Source: Dehalococcoidia bacterium (GTDB lineage: Bacteria > Chloroflexota > Dehalococcoidia > Lucifugimonadales > UBA3495). From it: DNA of 64,000 nucleotides. The notes under the pieces are model-generated. The model saw nothing but the letters and a program-made list of their open reading frames with translations. It made no database searches and was not told the DNA's origin. Positions 49,602-59,048 of this stretch are shown in pieces (the first letter of the stretch is position 1; each line of letters opens with the position of its first letter). Where the stretch lies: the NCBI GenBank assembly GCA_965220105.1, contig OZ244811.1:1465046-1529045 (forward strand), given 5' to 3'. The position numbers and the translations under genes are program-made.

Positions 49602-50702
49602 TTAGATCTGGCGTTGCTTGGGGTCCAGGCGGTCGCGGAGCCAATCGCCGAGGAGGTTCATGGACAGCACGGTTAGCATGATGGCGAGCCCGGGGAACAG
49701 GGACATCCACCAGCCGCTCTGGGAGGTTACCAGCTCGCGTCCGTCGGCGACCATCAGGCCCCAGGCTGGGGTGGGCCTGGGGATGCCGGCGCCCAGGAAG
49801 CTGAGGGTGCTCTCCAGGATGATGACGAAGCCGACCTGCAGCGTGGCGAGGACGACCAGGCTGTTGAAAACGTTGGGGAAGATGTGGCGCAGCATGATGC
49901 GGGGATGAGAGGAGCCGGCCACTCGGGACCGGGCGACGAAGTCCTGGACGCGCACGGAGAGGGCCTCGCCGCGGGCCATGCGGGCGTAGTGGGCCCAGAG
50001 CAGTAGAATGAGCACGGTGATGATGGTCCCAAAGCTGGCTCCCAGGGCGGTGACGAGCACCAGCGCCAGCAGGATGACCGGGATGGATAGCGAGATGTCG
50101 ACGGCGCGCATCACGATGATGTCTACCCAGCGACCGAAGTAGCCGGCGGCAACTCCCAGGGTGGTGCCAATGACGCCGCCGCAGAGGATGGAAACCACGG
50201 CCACGATCACGGAGATGCGGGAGCCATGAATGATTCGGCTCAAGATGTCCCGCCCCACCTTGTCGGTGCCCAGCGGGTAGTCCCAACGGCCTCCGGGCTT
50301 GGCGACCACCGATACCCGGGTACCGGGAACGGCTTCGGTAGCGCCGTACATGAGCACGGCAGCGCCGTTGCGGACCATGCGGGCGGCGTTGCCGGCCATG
50401 ACCTCGGACACGCTGCGGGCCGGGTCTACCTGATCCACTACGCTTTTGATTTCCCATTCTCCCTCTACCCAGGCCGGGGGTAACAGGCGCACCCTGAGGT
50501 CGCCGTCGATGGGGTCTTTTGGCGCGATCACCTCGGCGAAGATGGAGGGAAGCACCAGCATGATCATGACCACTGCCATGGGGATCAACGGGTATCGACG
50601 GACCTCCTGGAAGATGCGCCTGGCGCGGGACGGAGTTCTGGCGGCAGGAGCGGCGACTCCTGCCGATGCGTCCGAGGTGTTTGCTGGGCTGGTGATTGCC
50701 AC
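49602..50702 (-). CDS. dppC: Peptide/nickel ABC permease (DppC/OppC-like) with an enlarged extracytoplasmic loop
   Basis: LGTDKVGRDILSRIIHGSRIS, LESTLSFLGAG, NLLGDWLRDRLDPK; about 55 extra residues before YPLGTD relative to 20402-21280. Confidence 0.9.
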   Translation of the reverse strand: MAITSPANTSDASAGVAAPAARTPSRARRIFQEVRRYPLIPMAVVMIMLVLPSIFAEVIAPKDPIDGDLRVRLLPPAWVEGEWEIKSVVDQVDPARSVSEVMAGNAARMVRNGAAVLMYGATEAVPGTRVSVVAKPGGRWDYPLGTDKVGRDILSRIIHGSRISVIVAVVSILCGGVIGTTLGVAAGYFGRWVDIIVMRAVDISLSIPVILLALVLVTALGASFGTIITVLILLLWAHYARMARGEALSVRVQDFVARSRVAGSSHPRIMLRHIFPNVFNSLVVLATLQVGFVIILESTLSFLGAGIPRPTPAWGLMVADGRELVTSQSGWWMSLFPGLAIMLTVLSMNLLGDWLRDRLDPKQRQI

Positions 50703-50743
50703 CTTGATCAGCTCCCGTAGGTTGGTGTGATGCGCATGCCGGT

Positions 50744-52609
50744 CTATTTACAGGGAGTAGAGGTCCGGCAGGCCCGAATCAAATCGAAGTGACCGTAGTT
50801 GGACCCGTCTGACCCGGGGAACTCCCAGGATTCGATAATGTCCGGATTGGCCACGAATTCTATGAAGATGTAAAAGAGGGGCAGGTAGGCGTATTCCTCA
50901 AAGAGGATGTCGCCCATCTGATTTTGAATATCGGCGCGGTCGTCCGGCGGTACGGTGCGGTCCAGTTCCTGGAACAGTGTGTCCAACTCCTGGGTTTCGA
51001 AGAGGTGAATGGCCCCATTGGAGCGGTTGAACAGGCTCAGTTGGGCGTAGACCGTTTTGTAGGACGGGGGCGCTACCCAGAAGCCGACGGACTCCGGTTC
51101 CTTTTTGGTCCATGCAGAATAGTAGTTGCCGAACTCCCACTCTTCGTAGGTAACATCGACGCCGATATCGGCGAACATCACCCCGACGGCCTGCATCAGG
51201 TCCGCCGATTCGGAGAATCCGAAGATATTCATAACGATCATCTTCATCTCAGCGGGGTTGTCGGGCCCGTAACCGGCTTCGACCAGCAGTTCACGAGCTC
51301 GGTCTGGGTCGTAGCCGTACAAGTCATCGAACCGTTCTACCCAGGTTTCGTCCCAACCGGGCAGGTTCGGGTAGAATCCGCCGACCGGACTGACGGTAAC
51401 CCGGCCACTGAACAAGGTGTCGATGAGGAGCTCCTTGTCCACCGCTCGGTTCAGGGCTTCGCGCACCCGCGGGTCGTTGGCGGAGAAGTCGGGAAACATC
51501 CAGGGTTGTTCCCAGGTGCTCCATTCCCCGGGCGCCGGGGTTTCCGGATAGAGGCCCTGGAAAACGCCCCAAAGCTGGTTGCCGGGGAAGTTGCTCTGGA
51601 TGACCTTCATGCCATGATCGGTAACCGCGGTATCGGCCAGTTCGCGGGTCAACTCGGTGAGGTGGATCTCGCCGGCCAGCAACCCGGCGTTGCGGGTGCC
51701 GGGCTCCGAAATCCAACGCAGATTGACCATAGGCCAGTCCGCCGGCGCCGGGTTGCCTCCCTGACCGTTGAGTCGCCAATGCTCCGGCAAGCGCTCGAAG
51801 TCGACGTCTACGCCCAGTTCTCGACCGGCGAACCGGTAGGGGCCGGTACCGATCATATCCCGGTTGTAACCGTCCAGGCCCTCGGCGTCCCAGAATGCTT
51901 TGCTCATCATGAGTCCGCCACCGCTGGGAGCGATATAAAAGAGGTAATCCGGATTGGGGTTGCCCAGCTGGACCACCAACTCGTGGTCGCTGACGATTAC
52001 CGACTGATCCAGATCAATGGTGCGCCATTCGGTGATGGTCCCGATGAGAGAATCGTCGCGGGTGAGCATGCTCACGCTGTGGAAGAAGTCGGCGGCGGTG
52101 AACTCACCCCAATCGTCGTGAAACTCGACGCCTTCGATCAGCTGGAACGTCCACCGGGTGCCGTCTTCGGAGAGTTTCCAGCTGGTGGCCAACTGGGGAA
52201 CCCAGACATTGCGTTCAGCGTCGATGTCCACGAGCACTTCCATCACCAGGTCCATCTGCTGATGATGGTCCCCGGTGCCGCCCCAGGGCAAATTGGTTTC
52301 ACCAGCCGCCGGGTCTACGGCGATCACCAGCGTGTCCGCCTTGAGTTGACCCTCCGGCTGGGGGGCGGCAGCCACGGTAGCGGCTGGCGCGGGCGTGGAG
52401 TCGGCGGCGGCGCGGAAAGCGGGAGCGGTGGGTGACAGGGCCGGCGCCTGGGTAGATGCTGCCGCTGGGGCTGAGGTGGCTGCTGGCTGGGCAACGGTCG
52501 GCGCAGCGCCGGGCGCGGATTGATCGCCAGCGCAGGCCACCGCGGCGACGAGCATCAGGAGGGCGGGAACTGCGGACCACAATCGAACGATGGATTTCAG
52601 GTCAATCAT
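50744..52609 (-). CDS. Family-5 ABC solute-binding lipoprotein (paralogue 3 of 3)
   Basis: Same motifs as paralogues 1 and 2; lies directly upstream of dppC. Confidence 0.9.
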   Translation of the reverse strand: MIDLKSIVRLWSAVPALLMLVAAVACAGDQSAPGAAPTVAQPAATSAPAAASTQAPALSPTAPAFRAAADSTPAPAATVAAAPQPEGQLKADTLVIAVDPAAGETNLPWGGTGDHHQQMDLVMEVLVDIDAERNVWVPQLATSWKLSEDGTRWTFQLIEGVEFHDDWGEFTAADFFHSVSMLTRDDSLIGTITEWRTIDLDQSVIVSDHELVVQLGNPNPDYLFYIAPSGGGLMMSKAFWDAEGLDGYNRDMIGTGPYRFAGRELGVDVDFERLPEHWRLNGQGGNPAPADWPMVNLRWISEPGTRNAGLLAGEIHLTELTRELADTAVTDHGMKVIQSNFPGNQLWGVFQGLYPETPAPGEWSTWEQPWMFPDFSANDPRVREALNRAVDKELLIDTLFSGRVTVSPVGGFYPNLPGWDETWVERFDDLYGYDPDRARELLVEAGYGPDNPAEMKMIVMNIFGFSESADLMQAVGVMFADIGVDVTYEEWEFGNYYSAWTKKEPESVGFWVAPPSYKTVYAQLSLFNRSNGAIHLFETQELDTLFQELDRTVPPDDRADIQNQMGDILFEEYAYLPLFYIFIEFVANPDIIESWEFPGSDGSNYGHFDLIRACRTSTPCK

Positions 52610-52696
52610 CGCAGATAACTCTCCTAGACACCCGGTATCTACTGCTAATGGCGGTGCAATCCGACTTGGTGTACCGATGACGTCGTATTGGCGGTT

Positions 52697-52726
52697 AATC
52701 TATCCGAATTGCGGTATACCCGTCAA
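52697..52726 (-). promoter_or_regulatory. Sigma70-type promoter of SBP paralogue 3
   Basis: Minus strand TTGACG-18 bp-TAGATT; flanks homologous to 44260-44303. Confidence 0.55.
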
Positions 52727-53100
52727 ACGCATATTTTTAGGCTATTCTCGTTGAAAACCGGTTATAAATTGGCTATGTTGCTACTCTATTCGTGACACGT
52801 CATTTGGCCCCACGTAAGCGGGGCCGTCCACGGAGTGCGAATTGCGGAAATCGTCCCCGGCAGCCGCCGGTTTCGGCGGCAAGGGGTGGGGGAGAACGCG
52901 CACCCCAGCTCCCGTACCTGCCGAGGCTGGTAAAAATCCGGGCCCTGCTGGCGGCGAACAATTGACCGGTTGCCTGGATTCAAGCTCGGAGGGAGCGATA
53001 CAGCCTCACCCCAATCGACCTTGCGCGCATCATCGGTGTCTACCCCGTCACGGTGAAATTCTGGGAAACCGAAACCTCGGCCCCGCAGCAGGAACTGCCG

Positions 53101-53379
53101 GCAGCCCCGCCGCCAACTGCCCTGCCCCCTCCTTCATTCGTCCGTAGGTCATGTCCTGGTGCTTCGATGCGTTGGCCTTCACCTTGGCGCCGGCCTACGC
53201 CACATGACGCAGCTTCACCAGCCCGGCCCGTTGGCACAGCGCCAGCGCCTGCAGAAACAGGCCCATCAGCTATGGGCCGCCAGCGCCCCGAACGCCATGT
53301 CCTCGTGGAGCCGTTGGGCGATCCTTCGCGACGAGGCCACCCCGATGCAGTAGCCGCAGAGTGGCACCTTGACCATCAT
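53101..53379 (-). pseudogene. Decayed IS1182-family transposase fragment
   Basis: Manual translation MMVKVPLCGYCIGVASSRRIAQRLHEDMAFGALAAH / GLFLQALALCQRAGLVKLRHVA*AGAKVKANASKHQDMTYGRMKE, with internal deletion, frameshift and stop. Confidence 0.8.
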
Positions 53380-53461
53380 CCCAAGCTTCACATCCCCGGA
53401 TGGTGCAGCGGCCCGCCAACTCACCGGTATTTCTCAGACACCCTGCCAGGGATACAGAGCG

Positions 53462-54970
53462 CTAGAGCCGGGTCCGCACCCGCACTGCGCTGCCATCCAT
53501 TCCAAAATCCGCTTCCGCCTTCTCCCGTCGTTCTTGAGCCTTGCGTTCCCGCGTCCAGGATTTGCGCGTGAACTGGCGACCCAGGCCCCGCTCAATCTCC
53601 CGCCACTTCCGGTCTTCGTCCGGCGTGATGAACGTAATAGCCTCGCCGGCCCTACCCATCCGGCCCGTGCGACCCACCCGGTGCGTGAACAGCAGCTCCG
53701 AATCCGGCAGGTCGAAATTGATAACCTGGCCGATACCCTCAACGTCCAAGCCTCGGGCGGCCACGTTGGTAGCCACCAGGATGGGAACGACGCCAGAACG
53801 GAAATCCTGCATCACCCGCTCGCGCGCCGGCTGGCTCAGGTTGCCCTGCAACGCGCCCACCGGATAGCCCAACGCATCCAGCTGACCCGCCAGCCGCTTG
53901 ACGCCATGCTTGGTCTTGCCAAACACCAGGATTGGTGCGCCATCCCGCCGGTCCAACAGCGTTCGCAGCGCATCCATCTTGTCAGTTTTCTGGATGGTGT
54001 AAACCAGGTGCTCCACCGACGGCAGCGCCTGCATTTCTGCATCAACTTCCACCCTGACCGGATTGTGCAGGTGCTTCTTGGCGGTCCTCGCCACCCAATC
54101 GGGCATGGTTGCGGACAACAGGGCAGTCTGCCGTTCGGATGGCGTCTGACTCAGGATGGCGTCGACGTCGCGGGCGAACCCGCGGTCCAGCATCTCGTCA
54201 GCCTCGTCCAGCACCAGGAATCGCACCGATTTCAGATTGAGACTCCCCTGCCGCACATGATCCAGCGTGCGGCCGGGAGTGCCGATGATGATCTGCGCCC
54301 CCCGCTTCAACGCCTTGTAATCCGGGCCCACCGACCGACCACCGTACAGCAACGTAACGTGCAGCCCTTGCGATCGCGCCAACGCCTCCGTAACGCCACC
54401 CACCTGAATCGCCAGTTCGCGGGTTGGCACCAGCACCAGCGCCTGCACCTGCCGCGTCGCCGAGTCGCACTGCTCCACCAGCGGCACCGCAAAGGCCAGC
54501 GTCTTGCCAGACCCCGTGCGAGCCTGTCCAACCAGGTCGCGCCCTTCCAGCAGATACGGTATCGACTTCTCCTGAATCGGCGTGGGCTCCGCTATGTCCA
54601 TGGCGGCAATCGCGGTTCTGGTTGCCCGGTTCAGAACCATCGTGGGGAAGACGGAATCGGCGGCAACGACGCCGGCCCCGACGGCTTTCGCCGTGCTGCC
54701 ATTCGCCGATCTGCCGTTGCCCGAGCTGCCGTTGGCAGCAGACAATTCGCCCGCTGCCACCATCGGCGCGGACGCGACGCTGTTCCGACGGAGGTACAGG
54801 CAGGGTGGGCAATACACCGGCCGGCCTTCGCTGGGCAGGAACGGCACGGTGGTTGACGCTTTGCAGTCGGCGCAAATTGCCTGGTGGCGCTGCGGACGAC
54901 TGATCTGTGGGCTATGGGGTTGTTTGCGGTTGGCTTGGGGCGAGCGGTTCGACCGGGGTTGAAATGGCAT
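53462..54970 (-). CDS. DEAD-box RNA helicase with an N-terminal CxxC-x17-CxxC zinc-ribbon domain
   Basis: GSGKT, PTRELA, TPGR, DEAD, SAT and HRVGRTGR motifs; N-terminal CADC...RPVYCPPC; AAGGAG RBS before ATG 54970. Confidence 0.92.
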   Translation of the reverse strand: MPFQPRSNRSPQANRKQPHSPQISRPQRHQAICADCKASTTVPFLPSEGRPVYCPPCLYLRRNSVASAPMVAAGELSAANGSSGNGRSANGSTAKAVGAGVVAADSVFPTMVLNRATRTAIAAMDIAEPTPIQEKSIPYLLEGRDLVGQARTGSGKTLAFAVPLVEQCDSATRQVQALVLVPTRELAIQVGGVTEALARSQGLHVTLLYGGRSVGPDYKALKRGAQIIIGTPGRTLDHVRQGSLNLKSVRFLVLDEADEMLDRGFARDVDAILSQTPSERQTALLSATMPDWVARTAKKHLHNPVRVEVDAEMQALPSVEHLVYTIQKTDKMDALRTLLDRRDGAPILVFGKTKHGVKRLAGQLDALGYPVGALQGNLSQPARERVMQDFRSGVVPILVATNVAARGLDVEGIGQVINFDLPDSELLFTHRVGRTGRMGRAGEAITFITPDEDRKWREIERGLGRQFTRKSWTRERKAQERREKAEADFGMDGSAVRVRTRL

Positions 54971-55552
54971 AGATGGACGGACTCCTTGGCCTGGAGAGGT
55001 AAAATGGCATTCAGCGCGGGATTCTAAAGTGCGGCAATTGCCGGCCCGCCGCTGTGAAAACGTCGGTGCGCCATTCGAGCGCGCCACCATTGTAACAGCC
55101 CTGCCCGGCCCGCATATCGACCTGGTCGGGCACAGCGGGCTAATTCTGGCAGTACCGGTCACCACCCCGCCATCCACGCCGCGGGCCACCTCGAGAACCA
55201 CATTCGCCAACTATCTCAAGTCCCCGTTGGAGAGTCCGCCAGAACTCAAAACGTGGGTTTCTGGTACTGACTACGTGGGGGCCAAAGCAGACCTTATTGA
55301 GAATTTTGGCTGGGAGATGGCGCTGCCCAACGCATGAACTCCCGTATTTACGGCAGAAGACAAATGGTGCGGCGTCCCCTGCCCTCAAAGTCACGCATTA
55401 GTTTGTCGCGGTCTCCGATGGCGCAGTCAGGATCATGGGCAACGAAGAGAGTGTGCGCTGCCCGAGGATTCTGGCCAAGGCCCCCCAGGACTCAACGCCA
55501 TGAAGGATTAATTGAAAATTCTGCACGCCATCCACGGCTAAGCTGCTTCACC

Positions 55553-55725
55553 GAGATTGCCACGTCGCTACGCTCCTCGCAATGACAGACGGGGCGCACG
55601 ACTTGATATGTCATTGCGAGCGTAGCGTGGCAATCTCGCTCATCCTGAGCCTGTCGAAGGACGCCAACGCAGCAATCTTGGCTACGGGAACGAGGTCTCC
55701 ACGTCGCTCCGTTCCTCGCGATGAC
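55553..55725. repeat. Cluster of three cargo-a arms with an embedded cargo-b half
   Basis: GAGATTGCCACGTCGCTACGCTCCTCGCAATGAC; TGTCATTGCGAGCGTAGCGTGGCAATCTC followed by GCTCATCCTGAGCCTGTCGAAGGA; GAGGTCTCCACGTCGCTCCGTTCCTCGCGATGAC. Confidence 0.85.
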
Positions 55726-55817
55726 TTGAGCAGAAGAACCGAAAGGACCCAAGCACTGTTCCGCGAAGGGCGAGTTCATAGTGGCAGACGGATCCGATGT
55801 CGTCCGTGCCTGGCGGT

Positions 55818-57161
55818 TCAGCCTCTGCCCACCGCCGCCTGACCCAGCACACTCATCAACTGCCCCACATCGTCCAGACGCTCCAGGTTCTCCAGCATCC
55901 CCAGCACGCGCTCGGTGTCAGCTTCGGAAAGGGCGCGACGGAAGCAGTCGCGTATCTTTTCCAGGCGCTGATCCCGGGACATGGGATTGGCCACCGATCC
56001 GCTGAAGGCGGCGCATTCGGCGCTGACCGTAGTCCCGTCTTTGAGCAAAGCGGTGGCGAGCGTGGCGCCCGATGCGGGGCCTTCCGGTTCCACCCGGATG
56101 CGACCCAGCATTTCCTCCATGTCCGGAGAGAAGCGGCGGGCGTCGGTGAAGGTGTCGATACCCACCTGCCCGTCCAGCAGGGCGGCGGCGGCGCAGTATT
56201 CCACGCTGAACTTGCCGTCCAGGCCGCTGCGGGGCGCCGGCCCCGAATGGCCCCGTCCCCGGCGGTGAAGGGTCACCTGCTCGATGTCGTCGGGGTCAAG
56301 GCCGTTCTGCTCGCGTAGGTTTAGCGCCGCCTCGATGGCGTTCTGCATATAGACCTGGGCGGGGAACCGTTTGATGTCAAAACCCGGGTCGAGCAGCCGC
56401 CACGACGCCCCCAGGCCTCCGGTGGCCGTGTCCCAATTGAACTCGCCCCCGAACAGGGCCGCTGCAAAACCCACGGGCGATTCCAACGCCTCTTCGCTGG
56501 CGGTGTAGCCCATGCCGGCCAGGATGGCCGCCTCGGCGCCCATGCGGGCGGCGTTGCCCGGGTGGGTGGACTTGACCATGGTGCCCGTGTTGGCGGTGAG
56601 GCCGCCGGTGCGAGAGGCGGCAATGCCCAGGGCCATCAGGGTTTGCCCGGCGTCCTGGCCCAGGGTCTTGGCTGCTGCTGCCGCGCCCCCCAGGGGACCC
56701 ACCAGGCCCGGCGGATGATAGGCGGGAGCGGTGGCCGGCGCTGAAGCGGCCCGCAACCGCCCCTGGATTTCCCAGCCCAACACGTAGGCGGTGATGACTC
56801 GCTCACCTGAAGCGTGGTGGTGTTCCGCCAGCGCCAGGGCCGCCGGCAGACAGGATGAGGTGCCGTGGGTGGGCGGAAACCCCTGGATCTCGTAGTCCAG
56901 GCAGTGGCCGAAGACCCCGTTTGCGAAGGCGGCGGCCGGCGGGTTGGTCTGGTAGCCCCAACCTACCACCGAGGCCTGGGACGAGCCGCCGGCGTCCCGC
57001 ACGTAGCGGCCGATGATGTCGGCGAGTTCCTGGACCGAACCAGCGACCATGTTGGCCACCCCGTCCAGGATGGCGATTTTGGCCGCTTCCACCACCGGAG
57101 GCGGCAGGTTTTCAAAGTCGGTGTCGGCAATAAACTGGGCCAGGGTTCGGGTTGTGCTCAT
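55818..57161 (-). CDS. MmgE/PrpD family protein
   Basis: AILDGVANMVAGS, AAFANGVFGHCLDYE, KSTHPG and DGKFSVEY patterns. Confidence 0.88.
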   Translation of the reverse strand: MSTTRTLAQFIADTDFENLPPPVVEAAKIAILDGVANMVAGSVQELADIIGRYVRDAGGSSQASVVGWGYQTNPPAAAFANGVFGHCLDYEIQGFPPTHGTSSCLPAALALAEHHHASGERVITAYVLGWEIQGRLRAASAPATAPAYHPPGLVGPLGGAAAAAKTLGQDAGQTLMALGIAASRTGGLTANTGTMVKSTHPGNAARMGAEAAILAGMGYTASEEALESPVGFAAALFGGEFNWDTATGGLGASWRLLDPGFDIKRFPAQVYMQNAIEAALNLREQNGLDPDDIEQVTLHRRGRGHSGPAPRSGLDGKFSVEYCAAAALLDGQVGIDTFTDARRFSPDMEEMLGRIRVEPEGPASGATLATALLKDGTTVSAECAAFSGSVANPMSRDQRLEKIRDCFRRALSEADTERVLGMLENLERLDDVGQLMSVLGQAAVGRG

Positions 57162-57248
57162 GGATTACCTACCTCGCAGGTCGCCGGGATAACGTCAGGA
57201 TAGGTTATCACCCAGGGCATAGTGAAGCCACAGCAGCCCGCTGCGCCG

Positions 57249-57372
57249 CAGGACGATTGCAAAGTCCCTGGACACCCGCTCATGGTGAGCTTGTCGAACC
57301 ATCGGCGACCATCCTTCGACAGGCTCAGGACGAGCGGGTAGAGTCAACCCCGGTAACTTCGCAATCGTCCTG
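57249..57372. mobile_element. Shell-2-related MITE-like element carrying the cargo-b doublet
   Basis: 17-bp TIR CAGGACGATTGCAAAGT (16/17; 13/17 to the shell-2 end); 62-bp core differs from the reverse complement of the 34128-34189 core at about 3 positions. TSD not convincing. Confidence 0.8.
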
Positions 57373-57447
57373 GAGCGCCAGACGGAGGTTGCTCCAATAC
57401 ATGGGATGCGGGCTATAATGCCCCAAAACCAGTTTGGGGGTGTCCCT

Positions 57448-57858
57448 ATGGCTAAAATCAAACACATTGCCATCACCTGCGAGGACCCGGATGCGATGGC
57501 AAAGTTCTATAAGGAAGGCTTCGACCTCGTCGAGGTCGCGCGTAACGCCCGACAGATCCAACTCTCCGACGGCGACATCAACCTGACCATCCTCAAGTGG
57601 AAGACCGACGAGGACGCCGACGTCGGCCCCGATGGCGAGAACTACAGCGGTATCCACCACATCGGATTCCAGGTAGACAGCCTGGAGGATGCGGGAGCCA
57701 GGCTCCGGGAGATTCACGGAAAGGAAATTGTCCGACGTGAAGTAGCAGGGGACGGCGAACCCCGCCTGCCTCGCGCCGAGGAGAAGTGGTCTGGTCCCAA
57801 CGGGCAGGTCCTGGATATATCGGAGCCGGGATGGCTCCACAAATTGCCCATGGATTAG
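57448..57858 (+). CDS. VOC (glyoxalase/bleomycin resistance) family protein
   Basis: IKHIAI...AKFYKEGF...GIHHIGFQVDSLE...GPNGQVLDI. Confidence 0.85.
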   Translation: MAKIKHIAITCEDPDAMAKFYKEGFDLVEVARNARQIQLSDGDINLTILKWKTDEDADVGPDGENYSGIHHIGFQVDSLEDAGARLREIHGKEIVRREVAGDGEPRLPRAEEKWSGPNGQVLDISEPGWLHKLPMD

Positions 57859-57884
57859 CAAACTATCTGGGGGAGGGGAATGTT

Positions 57885-58331
57885 ATGGAAGCAACTTGCG
57901 TTACCCACATCGGAATCTGCGTAAGAGACATGGACCGGTCATTGGCTTTCTATCGGGACATACTGGGAATGACGGTGCTGGGCGACCGGATGACCGACCC
58001 GACCGAAGGGGGCCGACTGCACAACTATCGACGCCAGCGCCAGGCCCGCCGCTGGGTCAGCCTTGCCTACGGAGCTGGGGCCACACCTACGCTAACCCTC
58101 ACCAGCCATCCCGGCGATGAGCCCGATGGGGAACCAATCAAGCTGGACATGGTCGGCATCAGCCATATCTCCTTCGGAGTCGCCGACGTGAAGACGCTAA
58201 CCGAGGAACTGCTCAGCAAGGGCGTCGAACTGGCTGGCCCCATCGAGTCCTTTACTGGCCCCAATGGAGACATCCGCAGTATCTACGTCCACGACCCCGA
58301 CGGGATCCTGGTCCAGTTCAATACTCCGTAG
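57885..58331 (+). CDS. VOC family protein
   Basis: THIGICVRDMDRSLAFYRDILG...SHISFGV...YVHDPDGILVQF. Confidence 0.88.
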   Translation: MEATCVTHIGICVRDMDRSLAFYRDILGMTVLGDRMTDPTEGGRLHNYRRQRQARRWVSLAYGAGATPTLTLTSHPGDEPDGEPIKLDMVGISHISFGVADVKTLTEELLSKGVELAGPIESFTGPNGDIRSIYVHDPDGILVQFNTP

Positions 58332-58520
58332 AGAGAAATGCAAAACCACCCCACTGGTTCTTTGGCTTGGTTCATGGACCTAGCAGGAATCGTTGTTTCC
58401 ATACCGATGTAGAGAACGAACGTAAGCCGGACCGGTATTGAGCGCTAGCTTTTGCCACCCAACCATTTTGTTCCTCTTAGTCCGGCAAACTACTCGATTT
58501 CCTTTGAGAGGGCAACGGGC

Positions 58521-59048
58521 ATGAAAACGCAGACGGCGGTATTCCAAGACCCCATAGACAAGTTCGAACTTCTTATGGAGCGACTTCGGAAGTGCGGCCC
58601 CATAAGAATGGAAACCAGACGGGAACATAACTCCCTGCGGCAAGAAATCAAGCAGCGAGTCAGTTCCGAAAAGGGAATATACGTCTTTTATGAGGACGAA
58701 GTACCCCTGTACGTGGGAAGAACAGACCAGATGGCTGATAGGTTGCTTAACCACGGAAGGAAACCAAGTGCGGATGTGCCATCCTCCGCTACTTTTGCGC
58801 TGATACTTGCCAAGTATGAATTCAAGAAAATGTACTCGGTGCAACATAGCCTGTTTGGCAAGGAATTAGCCAGGGAGCTGAATGGCCATCACAGCATGAA
58901 GATGGAACTCTGGAAGGAAGCCGTAGAACGAGTGAGGCGGATGTCAACTCGGGTCGTCGAGGTCGAGCATCCCCACGAACAGGCTGTCTTCGAGGTCTAC
59001 GTCCATGAGAAGATGGAGACGCCGTTCAACAGTTTTGTGAACCACTAA
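58521..59048 (+). CDS. Stand-alone GIY-YIG nuclease domain protein
   Basis: KGIYVFYEDEVPLYVGRTDQMADRLLNH (GIY-x-YVG-R-H) and a late FE; DNA visibly more AT-rich than neighbours. Confidence 0.8.
   Translation: MKTQTAVFQDPIDKFELLMERLRKCGPIRMETRREHNSLRQEIKQRVSSEKGIYVFYEDEVPLYVGRTDQMADRLLNHGRKPSADVPSSATFALILAKYEFKKMYSVQHSLFGKELARELNGHHSMKMELWKEAVERVRRMSTRVVEVEHPHEQAVFEVYVHEKMETPFNSFVNH

Noticed and set aside
42314-52609. Diversity-generating retroelement (template/variable repeat) among the SBP paralogues
   Set aside because: No reverse transcriptase; differences are not adenine-specific and all three copies are full-length genes.
55230-55545. Possible gene remnant (FVAVSDGAVRIMG...)
   Set aside because: Similarity to recombinase C-termini is too weak to support without a search.
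58521-59048. GIY-YIG protein as the mobiliser of the palindromic elements
   Set aside because: It is not flanked by any shell or cargo module, and 9-10 bp TSDs point to a DDE enzyme.
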